From Candidatus Babeliales bacterium (lineage in GTDB: Bacteria; Babelota; Babeliae; Babelales; JBFXEV01): 64,000 nt of DNA. A program made the position numbers and the translations under genes. Each line of letters begins with the position of its first letter. The first letter of the stretch is position 1. A model generated the notes under the pieces. The model had not been told where the DNA came from. It made no database searches and saw only the letters and a program-made list of their open reading frames with translations. The DNA is taken from NCBI GenBank assembly GCA_963716425.1, contig OY970310.1, positions 1,670,807-1,734,806 of the forward strand, in the 5' to 3' direction. This document shows, in pieces, positions 18,622-28,630 of the stretch.

Positions 18622-19953
18622 ATGGTACTCAACAAAATTCCTATTTTTGCTCTTTTCTTGCTTCCTACACATTATTATGCCATGCATAACATTTTAGCAG
18701 AAACTAGTTCAACTTTAGATCAAGAAAAAATCAATAAGGGTCTTCGTTTTTTTGCTTCTGTAAACGACTTGGCAATGGCTCAAATCTATTTAGATAATGG
18801 TGCACAAGTTAATGCTCAAGATTCACATGGACAAACTGCATTGCATGCTGCGCTGGATGATAATTCCCTGAGAGAGACACCTGACTTACAATTTTTTATA
18901 AATTCTCGCCATATTCCCTCTCACAAAGAAGACTTGGTTGCCTTGTTGCTTGCTTGGAAAGCAGACGCTAATCTAAGAGATAACACACATCACACACCCA
19001 TGCACTATGCTGCAATGTACAATCGTATCCATGCCCTTGAATTACTTAAAAAAGCAAACGGTAACCTCAATGCACTCGATGACCTAGACAGCACTCCTTG
19101 TCATAGAGCTGTGATGCACAATAGATTGGAGGCTATTGCTTGGCTTGGAGATGCTGGTGCACATATGAATATAATCGATCAGACTGGCATGTCACCACTT
19201 CATGCTGCAGTACACTGTGAACAGCTACAAATTGTTGATCAACTTTTAAGACATGGTGCTCAGCTTGATGTTATAACTGAAAGCAATACAGTAGAAGATG
19301 CTCCAGAATCAACGATCGTCCCCGCACGCTCAACGGTTTTTCATTTAGCAGCAAATAATTCTGAAAAAAATGCATTTTCTATGCAACGCCTCCTTTTATA
19401 TCATGGGTTATTGCACCCAAAAGATACACCTTTATTGCCTAAAGCTCTCATAACGTTCTGGTGTTGCATGCAGCAAGCACATCCTGCATTGTATAATAAG
19501 GAACGGGCAAATCTTAAGCCCGTATTGATGCCTTACTTTATGCAAAGCCTTTCGCCCACAACAGTAGTACAGTTTCTAAGTTCACCAAACGATACTGCGC
19601 GTACTGCGACACACACCATGCTGCAAAAACGTCTTGATTTTGTAAGTATGATAGTAGCTGCGGCTGATGAGCATGGAGATACTGCATACAAACTTGAATG
19701 TCATGATAAAGCGCGAACTCATAGTTATTCCCCTTGCACGTTACTTCTACCCACACTCTATAATGAGCAACTCAAACAATTTGCTGAAGCGGCCAGAGCC
19801 AATACCATCGCACAACTACCACCAGACAATGTATTAAAAGTTGCGTACGAGCTAGTCTTAGAACGGAATGCACCACCCTCATGGCTCCAGAATATTGCTT
19901 CAACTACTGAGTCTTGGGTTTCACGGTCAGTTCAAAAATGCGTTATTTGTTAA
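18622..19953 (+). CDS. ankyrin-family paralog 3, ends in CaaX box CVIC (443 aa)
   Basis: Leader MVLNKIPIFALFLLPTHYYAM-HN. ANK units THHTPMHYAAMYNRIHALELLKKANGNLNA and DQTGMSPLHAAVHCEQLQIVDQLLRHGAQL. The C-terminal codons TGC GTT ATT TGT TAA sit at 19939-19953. Confidence 0.9.
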   Translation: MVLNKIPIFALFLLPTHYYAMHNILAETSSTLDQEKINKGLRFFASVNDLAMAQIYLDNGAQVNAQDSHGQTALHAALDDNSLRETPDLQFFINSRHIPSHKEDLVALLLAWKADANLRDNTHHTPMHYAAMYNRIHALELLKKANGNLNALDDLDSTPCHRAVMHNRLEAIAWLGDAGAHMNIIDQTGMSPLHAAVHCEQLQIVDQLLRHGAQLDVITESNTVEDAPESTIVPARSTVFHLAANNSEKNAFSMQRLLLYHGLLHPKDTPLLPKALITFWCCMQQAHPALYNKERANLKPVLMPYFMQSLSPTTVVQFLSSPNDTARTATHTMLQKRLDFVSMIVAAADEHGDTAYKLECHDKARTHSYSPCTLLLPTLYNEQLKQFAEAARANTIAQLPPDNVLKVAYELVLERNAPPSWLQNIASTTESWVSRSVQKCVIC

Positions 19954-20025
19954 TTGTGTGCTGATAATGATAAACTAAACTACACTATTTTTTATAATAT
20001 CGTGAAATTCTTAGAAGAGGATCAT

Positions 20026-21177
20026 ATGTATATTAATACCAGAACCGTTTTTATAGTAGCCAGTTTGGTCAGCTATAACAACATTACTCTTGCAATGGAA
20101 CCTGTTGACAAACCCGATGAACGAACAGCATTGTTACGGGGATCTGCTCCAACAATGCAAGCCACTCCAAGCACAGCATGGACTGAAGTATTGTTCGAAG
20201 CTGCCGGCAACAATGACCTAAAAAGCGTACAGTTGTGCCTAAAAGAAGGAGCAGATGTTAATGGTTGTAATGCAGGTAATGATACTGCATTGATTATGGC
20301 TTGCATGGCTCAAGGTAATACTCTGCCACTGATTACTTTTCTTCTTGAGCGAAAGGCTGATGTTACTCATGCCAATGAGCACGGCTTTACCCCTTTGCAT
20401 CTTGCCGTATCACGTTCAGGTTTTAATCTTGCAGTTTTAGAACTACTTAAAAATGCTGGTGCAAACCTTAATGCGCAAACCCTCAAAGGATATACTCCCT
20501 GCTACTCTGCTGTGACATGGAATGCACTCTATGGGAATACACTTAATGGGATTAAATGGTTACATAACAATGGTGCCGATATGAACAGTATTGATAAGTA
20601 TGGTGGCGCCCCTATCCATTGGGCAATCTTTGGTGAAGATACCGCAACCGTTCATCAACTCCTTGCACATGGGGGGCAACTTGATATCAAAACCCAGCCG
20701 CCAACTATCGCCCCAGAGAGAATACAACTTCCCGTGGCAACAGGTGGCACACCATTTCATTTGGCTGCATATTATGATCTAGTTGCCATCAAAAAACTGT
20801 TACTCTTTCATGCGCTCTTCTTTGATGCTTGGAATAAGCAACCTGTAACAGTGAGCTTTCTAGATATGCTTGATTCTCCCATTTTAGAAACACGCAACAG
20901 CGCTAGAGCTCTTTTACAAAGACGTGCTGCAAAATTATGCGCAATATTGAACATGCAAGACAGTGCGCATAATACTGCGGGTACTATCGAATCAAACAAA
21001 CACGTAGGCGATGCTTCCAAAGTATATTTTAAGCCCCATAACATGCAAGCTGATCTGATTAATTATCTGTTTGCATTAGAGGCTGCTTCCACTGATAAAC
21101 TCCCTGATACTAATATGTTTAAAGCTGCCCAAGATGCCAAAGATGAACAAACACCTACATCTTGCACTATTTGTTGA
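20026..21177 (+). CDS. ankyrin-family paralog 4, ends in CaaX box CTIC (383 aa)
   Basis: ATG 20026 is preceded by AGAAGAGGA; the track start at 19954 is TTG. Leader MYINTRTVFIVASLVSYNNITLAM-EP. ANK units NEHGFTPLHLAVSR and DKYGGAPIHWAIFGEDTATVHQLLAHGGQL. The terminal codons TGC ACT ATT TGT TGA sit at 21163-21177. Confidence 0.9.
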   Translation: MYINTRTVFIVASLVSYNNITLAMEPVDKPDERTALLRGSAPTMQATPSTAWTEVLFEAAGNNDLKSVQLCLKEGADVNGCNAGNDTALIMACMAQGNTLPLITFLLERKADVTHANEHGFTPLHLAVSRSGFNLAVLELLKNAGANLNAQTLKGYTPCYSAVTWNALYGNTLNGIKWLHNNGADMNSIDKYGGAPIHWAIFGEDTATVHQLLAHGGQLDIKTQPPTIAPERIQLPVATGGTPFHLAAYYDLVAIKKLLLFHALFFDAWNKQPVTVSFLDMLDSPILETRNSARALLQRRAAKLCAILNMQDSAHNTAGTIESNKHVGDASKVYFKPHNMQADLINYLFALEAASTDKLPDTNMFKAAQDAKDEQTPTSCTIC

Positions 21178-21209
21178 ACAACATTATAGACTGGAACGGA
21201 CAAAGAAAA

Positions 21210-22640
21210 ATGCGTTATGTATTAACTAATTTATTTTACATTATCATGCATGTGCAACTTGTGCATGCAATGGACACAGCAATGGTTGCAATAGATCAAC
21301 CGATAGAGTCTGGAGAAGAACATCTTAATCGCATTAATAATGAATTTATCGAGATCCTTGACACTCTTTTCTATTGCCCTATAAGAAAAATGCAAAGATC
21401 AAAGATTGTAGGTAATGCGGCTACTATTACTAATCTAAAAAGCTTATTAAAGCAGGGTGCTCACGTTGGTACTCTTAACTTTGATAATCGAACTTCTCTT
21501 ATTGAAGTGTGTGACAAACTACCATCTTCTTTTGAAAATAACTTGCAATACCAATTAATTGAACTCCTGCTTACGTTTAGGGCAAATCCTGGGTACCGGG
21601 ATGCATTTGGTAAATCAGCAATAGAATATGCTGCAGCCCGTAATAATCCTGCTGCAATCCAACAATTGGTCAATGCTGGCGCAAGCGTGTGTGGCACATC
21701 TCATATTACACCCTGCCACTTTGCATGTTATCATGATGCTACGAAAGCTCTTGGCTTATTACTTTCACAGGGTGCATCCTGTAATGATATTGATTATTCT
21801 GGCAGAGCACCAATACATTATGCATTAGAAAAAGGTTGGAGAACAGAAGAGCTTTCTCTACTTTTAGAACATGGTGCAAATCTTGATACTCAATTTGAGG
21901 GAAAGCGAACAAGTGACCCAACAATTAAAATTGATATTCATCCTAACCCACCTTTTAGTAGCTTGGTACGTGGCTCCTCCCCCTTTCACCAGTCGGCACA
22001 ATTATATAGACACTTTAGAAAAAATTGTGATATTTTTGTTCGAGTACCCACTGCTCATATAAAAAAGTTATTACTATATCATGCTCTTTTCTATGGCACT
22101 ACCGATGTCCAAAGCATGTTTACCTTTTTGTGCTGCATTAGAAGGTTGTCGGCCCCACTGTATGGTCTGTGTAACTCATTGCTCATTCCACGCTTCAAAT
22201 TACAACCACACCTAGTACGCTCTATGCACTCTTCAAACAACTATGATATCAGAAAAATTGCTGCTCAAGCCCTTATCTATCGCACACAGAAATTACAGCT
22301 AATACTTAATTTATGCGACGTCAATGGTAACACTGCTCATGATATTGAACTTTTATATTGCCCTGATTTTGAAGAAGATGTTGAGCAGGTTAAAGAGCAT
22401 CCAGATCTGAAAATTGAAGCCACAAAGGTTCTGAATCCAAAATCACTTGTGCTTGATTGTGAGGCTTTTTGCCAAGCAATACCTACCGGCACCCTAGAAA
22501 GCTTGTCTGAAACGAATCCTTATAAAGCTGCTTGGTCACTTATGCCAACCGAGTCAGAGTCACAGCCTTTACCAGAACCTACGGGACAGGCTGCGCAAAC
22601 GCCAGTAAAAGATTCAAATGAAAAATGCGTTGTTTGTTAA
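21210..22640 (+). CDS. ankyrin-family paralog 5, ends in CaaX box CVVC (476 aa)
   Basis: I prefer the ATG at 21210 to the TTG at 21162. Leader MRYVLTNLFYIIMHVQLVHAM-DT. ANK unit DYSGRAPIHYALEKGW...LLLEHGANL. Family motifs LLLYHALFYG and NPYKAAWSLMP. C-terminus ...SNEKCVVC. Confidence 0.9.
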   Translation: MRYVLTNLFYIIMHVQLVHAMDTAMVAIDQPIESGEEHLNRINNEFIEILDTLFYCPIRKMQRSKIVGNAATITNLKSLLKQGAHVGTLNFDNRTSLIEVCDKLPSSFENNLQYQLIELLLTFRANPGYRDAFGKSAIEYAAARNNPAAIQQLVNAGASVCGTSHITPCHFACYHDATKALGLLLSQGASCNDIDYSGRAPIHYALEKGWRTEELSLLLEHGANLDTQFEGKRTSDPTIKIDIHPNPPFSSLVRGSSPFHQSAQLYRHFRKNCDIFVRVPTAHIKKLLLYHALFYGTTDVQSMFTFLCCIRRLSAPLYGLCNSLLIPRFKLQPHLVRSMHSSNNYDIRKIAAQALIYRTQKLQLILNLCDVNGNTAHDIELLYCPDFEEDVEQVKEHPDLKIEATKVLNPKSLVLDCEAFCQAIPTGTLESLSETNPYKAAWSLMPTESESQPLPEPTGQAAQTPVKDSNEKCVVC

Positions 22641-24026
22641 CTATTCAGGGCCCGAGCCTTCATAATCAGCTTCATCAAATCGAGTAAGCTCGCGCATAAA
22701 GTTCAAGTACACCGTACCGGTAGGTCCATTACGTTGTTTACCAATAATAAGTTCGGCCAGTGCTGGATTTTCAGTATCAGGATTATACACAATATCGCGG
22801 TACAAAAACATGATCACATCTGCATCTTGTTCAATTGCACCAGATTCACGTAAATCAGACAGTATCGGCCGCTTATCCATACGGCTATCAACCGCACGGG
22901 ACAACTGAGATAACGCAATGATAGGAATCTCAAGCTCTTTTGCAAGTGCTTTTAGAGAGCGGGAAATGGTAGAAACTTCTTGGTGCCTGTTTTCATGCTT
23001 TTGCGTACAATGCAAAAGCTGCAAATAATCAATCACCAACATAGAAAGCCCTTGATCAATTTTAAGCTTGCGTGCTTTCGCTCGTAAATCCATAATACTG
23101 ACCATGGCAGTATCATCTATAAACAACTTCATGGTGCCCATTTGTGCAGCTACATTAGTTAAACTTGTCCATTCATTGGTATCAATGGTTGCATTACGAA
23201 TACCATGGTGTGCAACACCCGACTGTGATGAAAGCAATCGCATGGTCAACTGCTCTGCCGACATTTCAAGAGAAAAAAATCCCACCGAGCCGCCTGAATG
23301 GCAGGCATTCATTGCCAAAGATAAAGCAAGCGCTGTTTTACCCATAGAGGGCCGTGCAGCAAGTACCACAAAGTCACCTTTTTGCCAACCAGACGTCATT
23401 GCATCAAGTTTATGATAACCAGTGGGAACACCAGTAATACCTTTTCTACTTTTTCTGATGTCGGTCAAATGCAAAAATGTTTTTTTGAGCCAAATATTCA
23501 GCTGCACAAAACTTTGCTGTGCGCGCTTATTGGCTATTTGCAAGATAGTCTGCTCTGCTTGATCCAGTACAGCGTCTATCTCTTTTTCATCTTGCGCATA
23601 ACAAGACCCAATAATTTGAGTGGCCGAATGAATAAGCTCACGCAGAACTGCTTTTTCTTTAATAATTTTGGCATGCTGGCTGATCAGCCCCACAGAAGGA
23701 ATATCTTCTTGGAGTGCCATCAAATATACAATGCCGCCAATAGGCTCTAATTGGTCAGTTTTAGATAATGTATCTTGTAGCGTAATAATATCAATACGCT
23801 TTTCTTCGCGTACAAGCTCGAGCATTGCCTGAAAAATCGAGCGGTGTGACGTGTGATAAAAATCGGTAGGGAGTAAAAACTCTTGTACTTGATGCATATA
23901 CTCATCATTAAGAAGTAATGCACCAAGTACAGCTTTTTCTGCTTCATCAGAATACGGCAATCGCTTGCCAAGTATTTGAGAAGCTTCGTGCGATTTCGGT
24001 TTTGCGCGGTGTGTTGTTGATGCCAT
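22641..24026 (-). CDS. dnaB: replicative DNA helicase DnaB
   Basis: N-terminal PYSDEAEKAVLGALLL, Walker A in AARPSMGKTALAL, and the IDYLQLL and RQRNGPTG motifs. 461 aa. Confidence 0.95.
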   Translation of the reverse strand: MASTTHRAKPKSHEASQILGKRLPYSDEAEKAVLGALLLNDEYMHQVQEFLLPTDFYHTSHRSIFQAMLELVREEKRIDIITLQDTLSKTDQLEPIGGIVYLMALQEDIPSVGLISQHAKIIKEKAVLRELIHSATQIIGSCYAQDEKEIDAVLDQAEQTILQIANKRAQQSFVQLNIWLKKTFLHLTDIRKSRKGITGVPTGYHKLDAMTSGWQKGDFVVLAARPSMGKTALALSLAMNACHSGGSVGFFSLEMSAEQLTMRLLSSQSGVAHHGIRNATIDTNEWTSLTNVAAQMGTMKLFIDDTAMVSIMDLRAKARKLKIDQGLSMLVIDYLQLLHCTQKHENRHQEVSTISRSLKALAKELEIPIIALSQLSRAVDSRMDKRPILSDLRESGAIEQDADVIMFLYRDIVYNPDTENPALAELIIGKQRNGPTGTVYLNFMRELTRFDEADYEGSGPE

Positions 24027-24057
24027 TGAGTTGATTTTCCTACCGCATTATGCTTAA

Positions 24058-24501
24058 TTACTCTCCAACTACTTTAACAGTAAGTTGTGGTTGTAAACGT
24101 GATGAAAGTTTTATAGTTACTGTGTGAGTGCCCGTTTTTTTGATTGATTTATCAAACACAACTTGGCTTTTTGAAACAGTAATGCCTTTTGCTTGGAGCG
24201 CATCAACAATCTCATGTTGAGAAACTGCGCCATACAGCTTGCCATCATCATGGATTTTGTGCTTCAGCTTAATTTCCGTTGCCTTAATTTTTTCAGCAGT
24301 CATGGAAGTTTCAGTTTCAATCGCTTCCTTGCGATGCTCAACTTTTACCACTTTATTTTTATAAAAAGCTTCATTTGCCGGTGTCAATTGAACGCCAAGC
24401 TTACGAGGCAATAAATAGTTGGCGCCATAGCCATCGGAAACATTAATAATTTCCCCTGCCATGCCCACTTTTGGTACATTTTGAGTTAAATAGACTTTCA
24501 T
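24058..24501 (-). CDS. rplI: 50S ribosomal protein L9
   Basis: MKVYLTQNVPKVGMAGEIINVSDGYGANYLLPRKLG is the L9 N-domain signature. 147 aa, immediately upstream of dnaB as in many bacteria. Confidence 0.9.
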   Translation of the reverse strand: MKVYLTQNVPKVGMAGEIINVSDGYGANYLLPRKLGVQLTPANEAFYKNKVVKVEHRKEAIETETSMTAEKIKATEIKLKHKIHDDGKLYGAVSQHEIVDALQAKGITVSKSQVVFDKSIKKTGTHTVTIKLSSRLQPQLTVKVVGE

Positions 24502-24571
24502 AGAGTCCCTTTCAATAGATGTTCAAATTATAGTTCATTATACCCTAAAACTACCACCTTGGGAACGCACT

Positions 24572-25294
24572 TTAGATATTAAGCTCTTTGCGTAAGGCAT
24601 TTATTTCTTTGCGAAGCAATAAACACTTTTGTTCTAGCTGTAAATAAAAAAACTCAAGCTTTTGCATATATAGTGCATGCTCTAATTTTTGTTGCTCATG
24701 CTTTTGTGCTTCAAGTGCGCTTTTGCGTGAGGCTGCAATTAATGCCTCTCTTTCTTGTTGTGTGACTTTTCTTGCAGCATAGATTGGCGTACGGCCATCA
24801 ACATATGCTTGCACAAGTTTAGCTATTTCTCCTGCATGCGGGTTTTCTGACTTTTGCACTTTATAGTGTGCATATGCCAGTGGAGTTCTATTAAGTACAT
24901 CAGTACATGAAAGACTTGCGCCATATCCTAACAACAAAGCAACTCCAAAAAGATCAACTTTTTTAATGAGAAACAACAAAAGTGGGACTTTTTCTGCATC
25001 TAAAGCTTCCATATCAGCACCCGCTTCAATCAACGTACTTGCGATTACAATTCTTGTAGCAGTGGGCAATTTTGTCTGAAAGGTAAGTTGCAGCGGTGTG
25101 AGCTCTGAGTCATCACGTAGATTAACCGGTGCCTTGTGATCAACCAGAGATTTGACAGTGGAAGTATCCCCTTTTAATATTGCCTGATGCAAAGGAAATG
25201 GTGAAACTTGTCCAACTTCCGCCTCCATTGCCTTTATACGCACTGCTTGAAATGTAACAAAAATCATAACAATACATAAGAGTCTATTTTGCAT
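24572..25294 (-). CDS. ankyrin-repeat protein with C-terminal coiled coil (240 aa)
   Basis: Leader ...TFQAVRIKAM-EA. ANK units PLHQAILKGDTSTVKSLVDHKAPVNLRDDSELTPLQL. Paralogous to the C-terminal part of 25284..26903 (LIEAGADMEALDAE.. versus LIKAGADMEVVDAD..). 11-nt overlap with the upstream gene. Confidence 0.85.
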   Translation of the reverse strand: MQNRLLCIVMIFVTFQAVRIKAMEAEVGQVSPFPLHQAILKGDTSTVKSLVDHKAPVNLRDDSELTPLQLTFQTKLPTATRIVIASTLIEAGADMEALDAEKVPLLLFLIKKVDLFGVALLLGYGASLSCTDVLNRTPLAYAHYKVQKSENPHAGEIAKLVQAYVDGRTPIYAARKVTQQEREALIAASRKSALEAQKHEQQKLEHALYMQKLEFFYLQLEQKCLLLRKEINALRKELNI

Positions 25295-26903
25295 GGCTTT
25301 CCTTCTTAAAAGAATTAACTAACGCTTTATGGAGTAATGAAGTACCATCAGATCCTTGCGTTGTCAGCATTATTCTTATCTGCTCTCTAAAGGCATCAAC
25401 GTCAACCTTGCCTTGCAGCGTTTCAGGAATTGCAATACTGATATGTTGCGGAATTGGTGCTGCGCCACGTGGCCGTCTTCTACCTTCTGCATACTCTTTT
25501 ACCACCTCACAAATTTGGGCAGCAACTTCCGCTTTTTCAGTTTTTTTCATTTTTTCTTGTGCAAATTCTGTGACAGAATGGTTTTGTAAGTTGGTATTTC
25601 TGCAGTTTGCACCGTGGCCGAGGAGCAACTCCACACCAGCTAAATCAACTTTATTAATAACATCAAAAATAAGTGGGTTGCCATCAGCATCAACAACTTC
25701 CATATCAGCACCAGCTTTAATTAATGCATCAACAATGACCGCTTTAACTTTGGAAGGCAAATGTTCATCAAAAGCCACTTGGAGAGGCGTGCGGTGTTTA
25801 TTATCTCGTGCTTCTAAATCGGATTTACGCCCAAGCAAAAAAGTAACCGGCTGCACAAGTCCTTGTGCTACTGCCACATGAAGTGGTGTTTGACCCCCAA
25901 AATCTATAAGATCACAAAGTACATACTTCTCATACAAAAACTCGGATATTAGATGCGCTTCAGGCAATTCACTCAATAATGCCTCATGTACTACCGTTCT
26001 GCCAAAATTGCTGGGCATATTGATATCTGCTCCTGCCTTTAAAAGCATATCAAGCATTGCAATGCGCGCCTGCACGGTAATATTTAATTCAGGTATTAAC
26101 ACCCAATTAAGCGGTGCAAATCCATGTTGATCTAATTCAAGGCCATCACCAAGCGTTCTAAGATTTCCCCCAACCTCTTGTAATTCTTGAAGAAAACTTG
26201 CAAGTTTTTGTGGTTCACCCGATGCAATCACTTGGTATAATGGCATACTTTCTTGCATCGTAAGTAATGGGCGGCGAGGATGGCATTGGCAAAATATCTG
26301 ATAATCAGTTTGAATTTGAGGTGGTTCAAAAGCAAGTACATGCTCTTGTGATTGTGCAAGTCTTTCCCTTGAAGGAAGATTTTCGTAGTCGATAAACTGA
26401 AGTCCAAATCCCCTTTCTAAATACGCTGATACTTGTGCTAGGGTTTTGATCAGCACAGGTACACCTTCATCATGTTCACCACTTACTTTGCAGGCTTGTG
26501 CTCGCAATTCACGCATAACTTGCTTAATTTGCTGCTCTGCTTGCTGCTCTTCTTGTTGGTCTGTTGAAAGTTGTGCTAATTTATGTACAAAATAGCTTTT
26601 GGCATCTATTGACTGCAATGACCTTAATCGAGCAAGCTTTCTCTGTGCTGCAGATTCAGAGGCAATTGGTGCATCGGCCATTTGTTCTGCAGATGATAAA
26701 GGTTCAGCAAATCTTACCGTTCGAGTTGGAGATTGATCTCCCGACCCTTTTTCTAAGTGCAGAACCTTTGCACCTTGCCTCTCCGGCTTTCTAAGAAATT
26801 CTTTTGGCGGGTTATTAGGTTGTTTATCCATGGCAAGTGCACAGGATATTGGTAATAGTAAACCAATAATTATCATCTGTTGAATTCTTATGTGATGCTT
26901 CAT
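25284..26903 (-). CDS. ankyrin-repeat protein (539 aa)
   Basis: Leader MKHHIRIQQMIIIGLLLPISCALAM-DK. ANK units DFGGQTPLHVAVAQGLVQPVTFLLGRKSDLEARDNKHRTPLQVA. Confidence 0.85.
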   Translation of the reverse strand: MKHHIRIQQMIIIGLLLPISCALAMDKQPNNPPKEFLRKPERQGAKVLHLEKGSGDQSPTRTVRFAEPLSSAEQMADAPIASESAAQRKLARLRSLQSIDAKSYFVHKLAQLSTDQQEEQQAEQQIKQVMRELRAQACKVSGEHDEGVPVLIKTLAQVSAYLERGFGLQFIDYENLPSRERLAQSQEHVLAFEPPQIQTDYQIFCQCHPRRPLLTMQESMPLYQVIASGEPQKLASFLQELQEVGGNLRTLGDGLELDQHGFAPLNWVLIPELNITVQARIAMLDMLLKAGADINMPSNFGRTVVHEALLSELPEAHLISEFLYEKYVLCDLIDFGGQTPLHVAVAQGLVQPVTFLLGRKSDLEARDNKHRTPLQVAFDEHLPSKVKAVIVDALIKAGADMEVVDADGNPLIFDVINKVDLAGVELLLGHGANCRNTNLQNHSVTEFAQEKMKKTEKAEVAAQICEVVKEYAEGRRRPRGAAPIPQHISIAIPETLQGKVDVDAFREQIRIMLTTQGSDGTSLLHKALVNSFKKESHAK

Positions 26904-26917
26904 AGTATCTCCTTTGT

Positions 26918-27604
26918 TTACTCATTATCTTGTACTGTTTCTTTTAGACCAGTTTCATAATTTGCAATAACTTCTGCCGATAGTCGAGCATAGAGTCCAG
27001 TAGGTTCAATTAAATCTCTGCATGTAACATAAGGTAATTCACAAGCAGCTTCATAAGGCGTCATGTCAACGGCAACGATTGTAGTCTTTGAATCAAGCAG
27101 GCTCCGAATAAACTGAAAATGTCTATGAGTTAATATGCGCACAACTTCGCTTTCCTCTGCAGATTCTTTTATTCTGCCAAGATCATTATCTGCAAGACAA
27201 TGTGGAAAGGTAACAAGAAGGCGAAGAACTGCTGCTCTGCCATGACAAGCTGCAGTGTGAAGTGGAGAAGATCCATCTTCAGGGTTAACTCTCAGCTCAA
27301 AACCTCTTTGCAAAAGTAACGTAGCCATTGCTGTATTACCATGATAAGCTGCCCAACACAGCGGATCTACACCCCACCGCGTTACTGTGCATTGAGCACG
27401 AATATCTTGATTGCCAAGAAGCTCTTGTACTCGTTTTGTTTTGTTTTTATGCGCAGATTTCATGAGTTGAGCAAACAAACTAGAATCATCATATTGCATA
27501 GGTTGTGCTTGCTCAGAATCCATAGCGCACAGAGAAAAAGATATACTTAATAACAACAAGCTTAAAAAAATCATAGTCTTGTATTCTTTATGGTTCTTAT
27601 ACAT
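26918..27604 (-). CDS. ankyrin-repeat protein (228 aa)
   Basis: Leader ...MIFLSLLLLSISFSLCAM-DS. ANK units DPLCWAAYHGNTAMATLLLQRGFEL and EDGSSPLHTAACHGRAAVLRLLV. Confidence 0.85.
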   Translation of the reverse strand: MYKNHKEYKTMIFLSLLLLSISFSLCAMDSEQAQPMQYDDSSLFAQLMKSAHKNKTKRVQELLGNQDIRAQCTVTRWGVDPLCWAAYHGNTAMATLLLQRGFELRVNPEDGSSPLHTAACHGRAAVLRLLVTFPHCLADNDLGRIKESAEESEVVRILTHRHFQFIRSLLDSKTTIVAVDMTPYEAACELPYVTCRDLIEPTGLYARLSAEVIANYETGLKETVQDNE

Positions 27605-27704
27605 AATAATTCCTTTTTATATTTTGCTTTGCTTTCACTACAGCCTTAGTATAGTGCCGATTGCTTGCGCAGGTAAAGTGGTTATGGCTTGTCATAATGA
27701 TCCG

Positions 27705-28124
27705 TTATGCGACAACATTGGTTGTAGAGATTTCTGATGATTCTTCAAAAATTATTTTTTTACCCTCCAGCAGCTGTGCAGTAACTTGCACGGTACTAGA
27801 ATTAATCCCCTTAAATATAAGTAAAGATGTATAATTTGCAAAATGAGGTATCCCAAACGTATATGATGTAATAGGCATAGTTATGGTTCCCTGTTCTTTA
27901 ATATGTGAGAGCAATGAAGAAAAATCAGTTTTGCATGCATGTATCCCGCAATTAAGCAACCCGCGCACAGCCCATTTTTTTTGCATGTACAGTTGTTTTT
28001 GCACAGAAATATCAACTACATAGGCAGTCGATCGCCACATGCGCGTGCATAGAGCCAATACTATGCTCATGAGCATTACGACAAGAAGCATCATTGATCC
28101 TGTTTGTAAAGCAGTACGTTTCAT
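27705..28124 (-). CDS. minor pseudopilin, GspK/PilX-like (139 aa)
   Basis: N-terminus MKRTALQTG-SMMLLVVMLMSIVLAL has a Gly followed by a hydrophobic helix without Glu5, as in GspK-type minor pilins. ATGA-type overlap with the upstream pseudopilin gene. Confidence 0.6.
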   Translation of the reverse strand: MKRTALQTGSMMLLVVMLMSIVLALCTRMWRSTAYVVDISVQKQLYMQKKWAVRGLLNCGIHACKTDFSSLLSHIKEQGTITMPITSYTFGIPHFANYTSLLIFKGINSSTVQVTAQLLEGKKIIFEESSEISTTNVVA

Positions 28125-28630
28125 AGCGTTATATTCGATTTCAAAGAAACCGCTCGTTTACATTGATATATCTTACCGCTTCTTAACCGGCCGTTGAGTG
28201 CAATGGTAAATGCCGCTACATTCTTATTTTCATAATGCGGTGCATAATGTACCGTCTCAACGTCCTCTAATGCAATATGTGTGACTGGTCGCTTCCATTG
28301 TTGGTGACGGGGAGCATATTTTTGCATAGTCCGTTTTAACGCTCCTCCATCAAGCTTCCAACCTATGCGCACATCACCCTGCTGCCAAGCAAGCTGATCT
28401 TGAAGAATAGTACGCCAATCGGTAACGATGGTCGGCGCATGTTCAAGATCGTAGGCGATCGCATCAAGTGCTGCGTGTAGTGAGGCAATACGATCAGTTT
28501 CATGCGTTGTCGCCCGTAATCGTAACGTGGTGCCATAAATATAGCGCATAACAAATAAACCCATGCATGCACTAAGTGCCAAGTAGAGTAAAAACTCAGA
28601 CACAAAAAAACCAGGTTGCTTGTTCTTCAT
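28121..28630 (-). CDS. type IV pilin-like / T2SS minor pseudopilin (169 aa)
   Basis: Prepilin peptidase motif KQPG-FFVSEFLLYLALSACMGLFV: cleavage Gly, Phe+1, Glu+5, then a hydrophobic helix. 4-nt overlaps with both neighbours. Confidence 0.75.
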   Translation of the reverse strand: MKNKQPGFFVSEFLLYLALSACMGLFVMRYIYGTTLRLRATTHETDRIASLHAALDAIAYDLEHAPTIVTDWRTILQDQLAWQQGDVRIGWKLDGGALKRTMQKYAPRHQQWKRPVTHIALEDVETVHYAPHYENKNVAAFTIALNGRLRSGKIYQCKRAVSLKSNITL

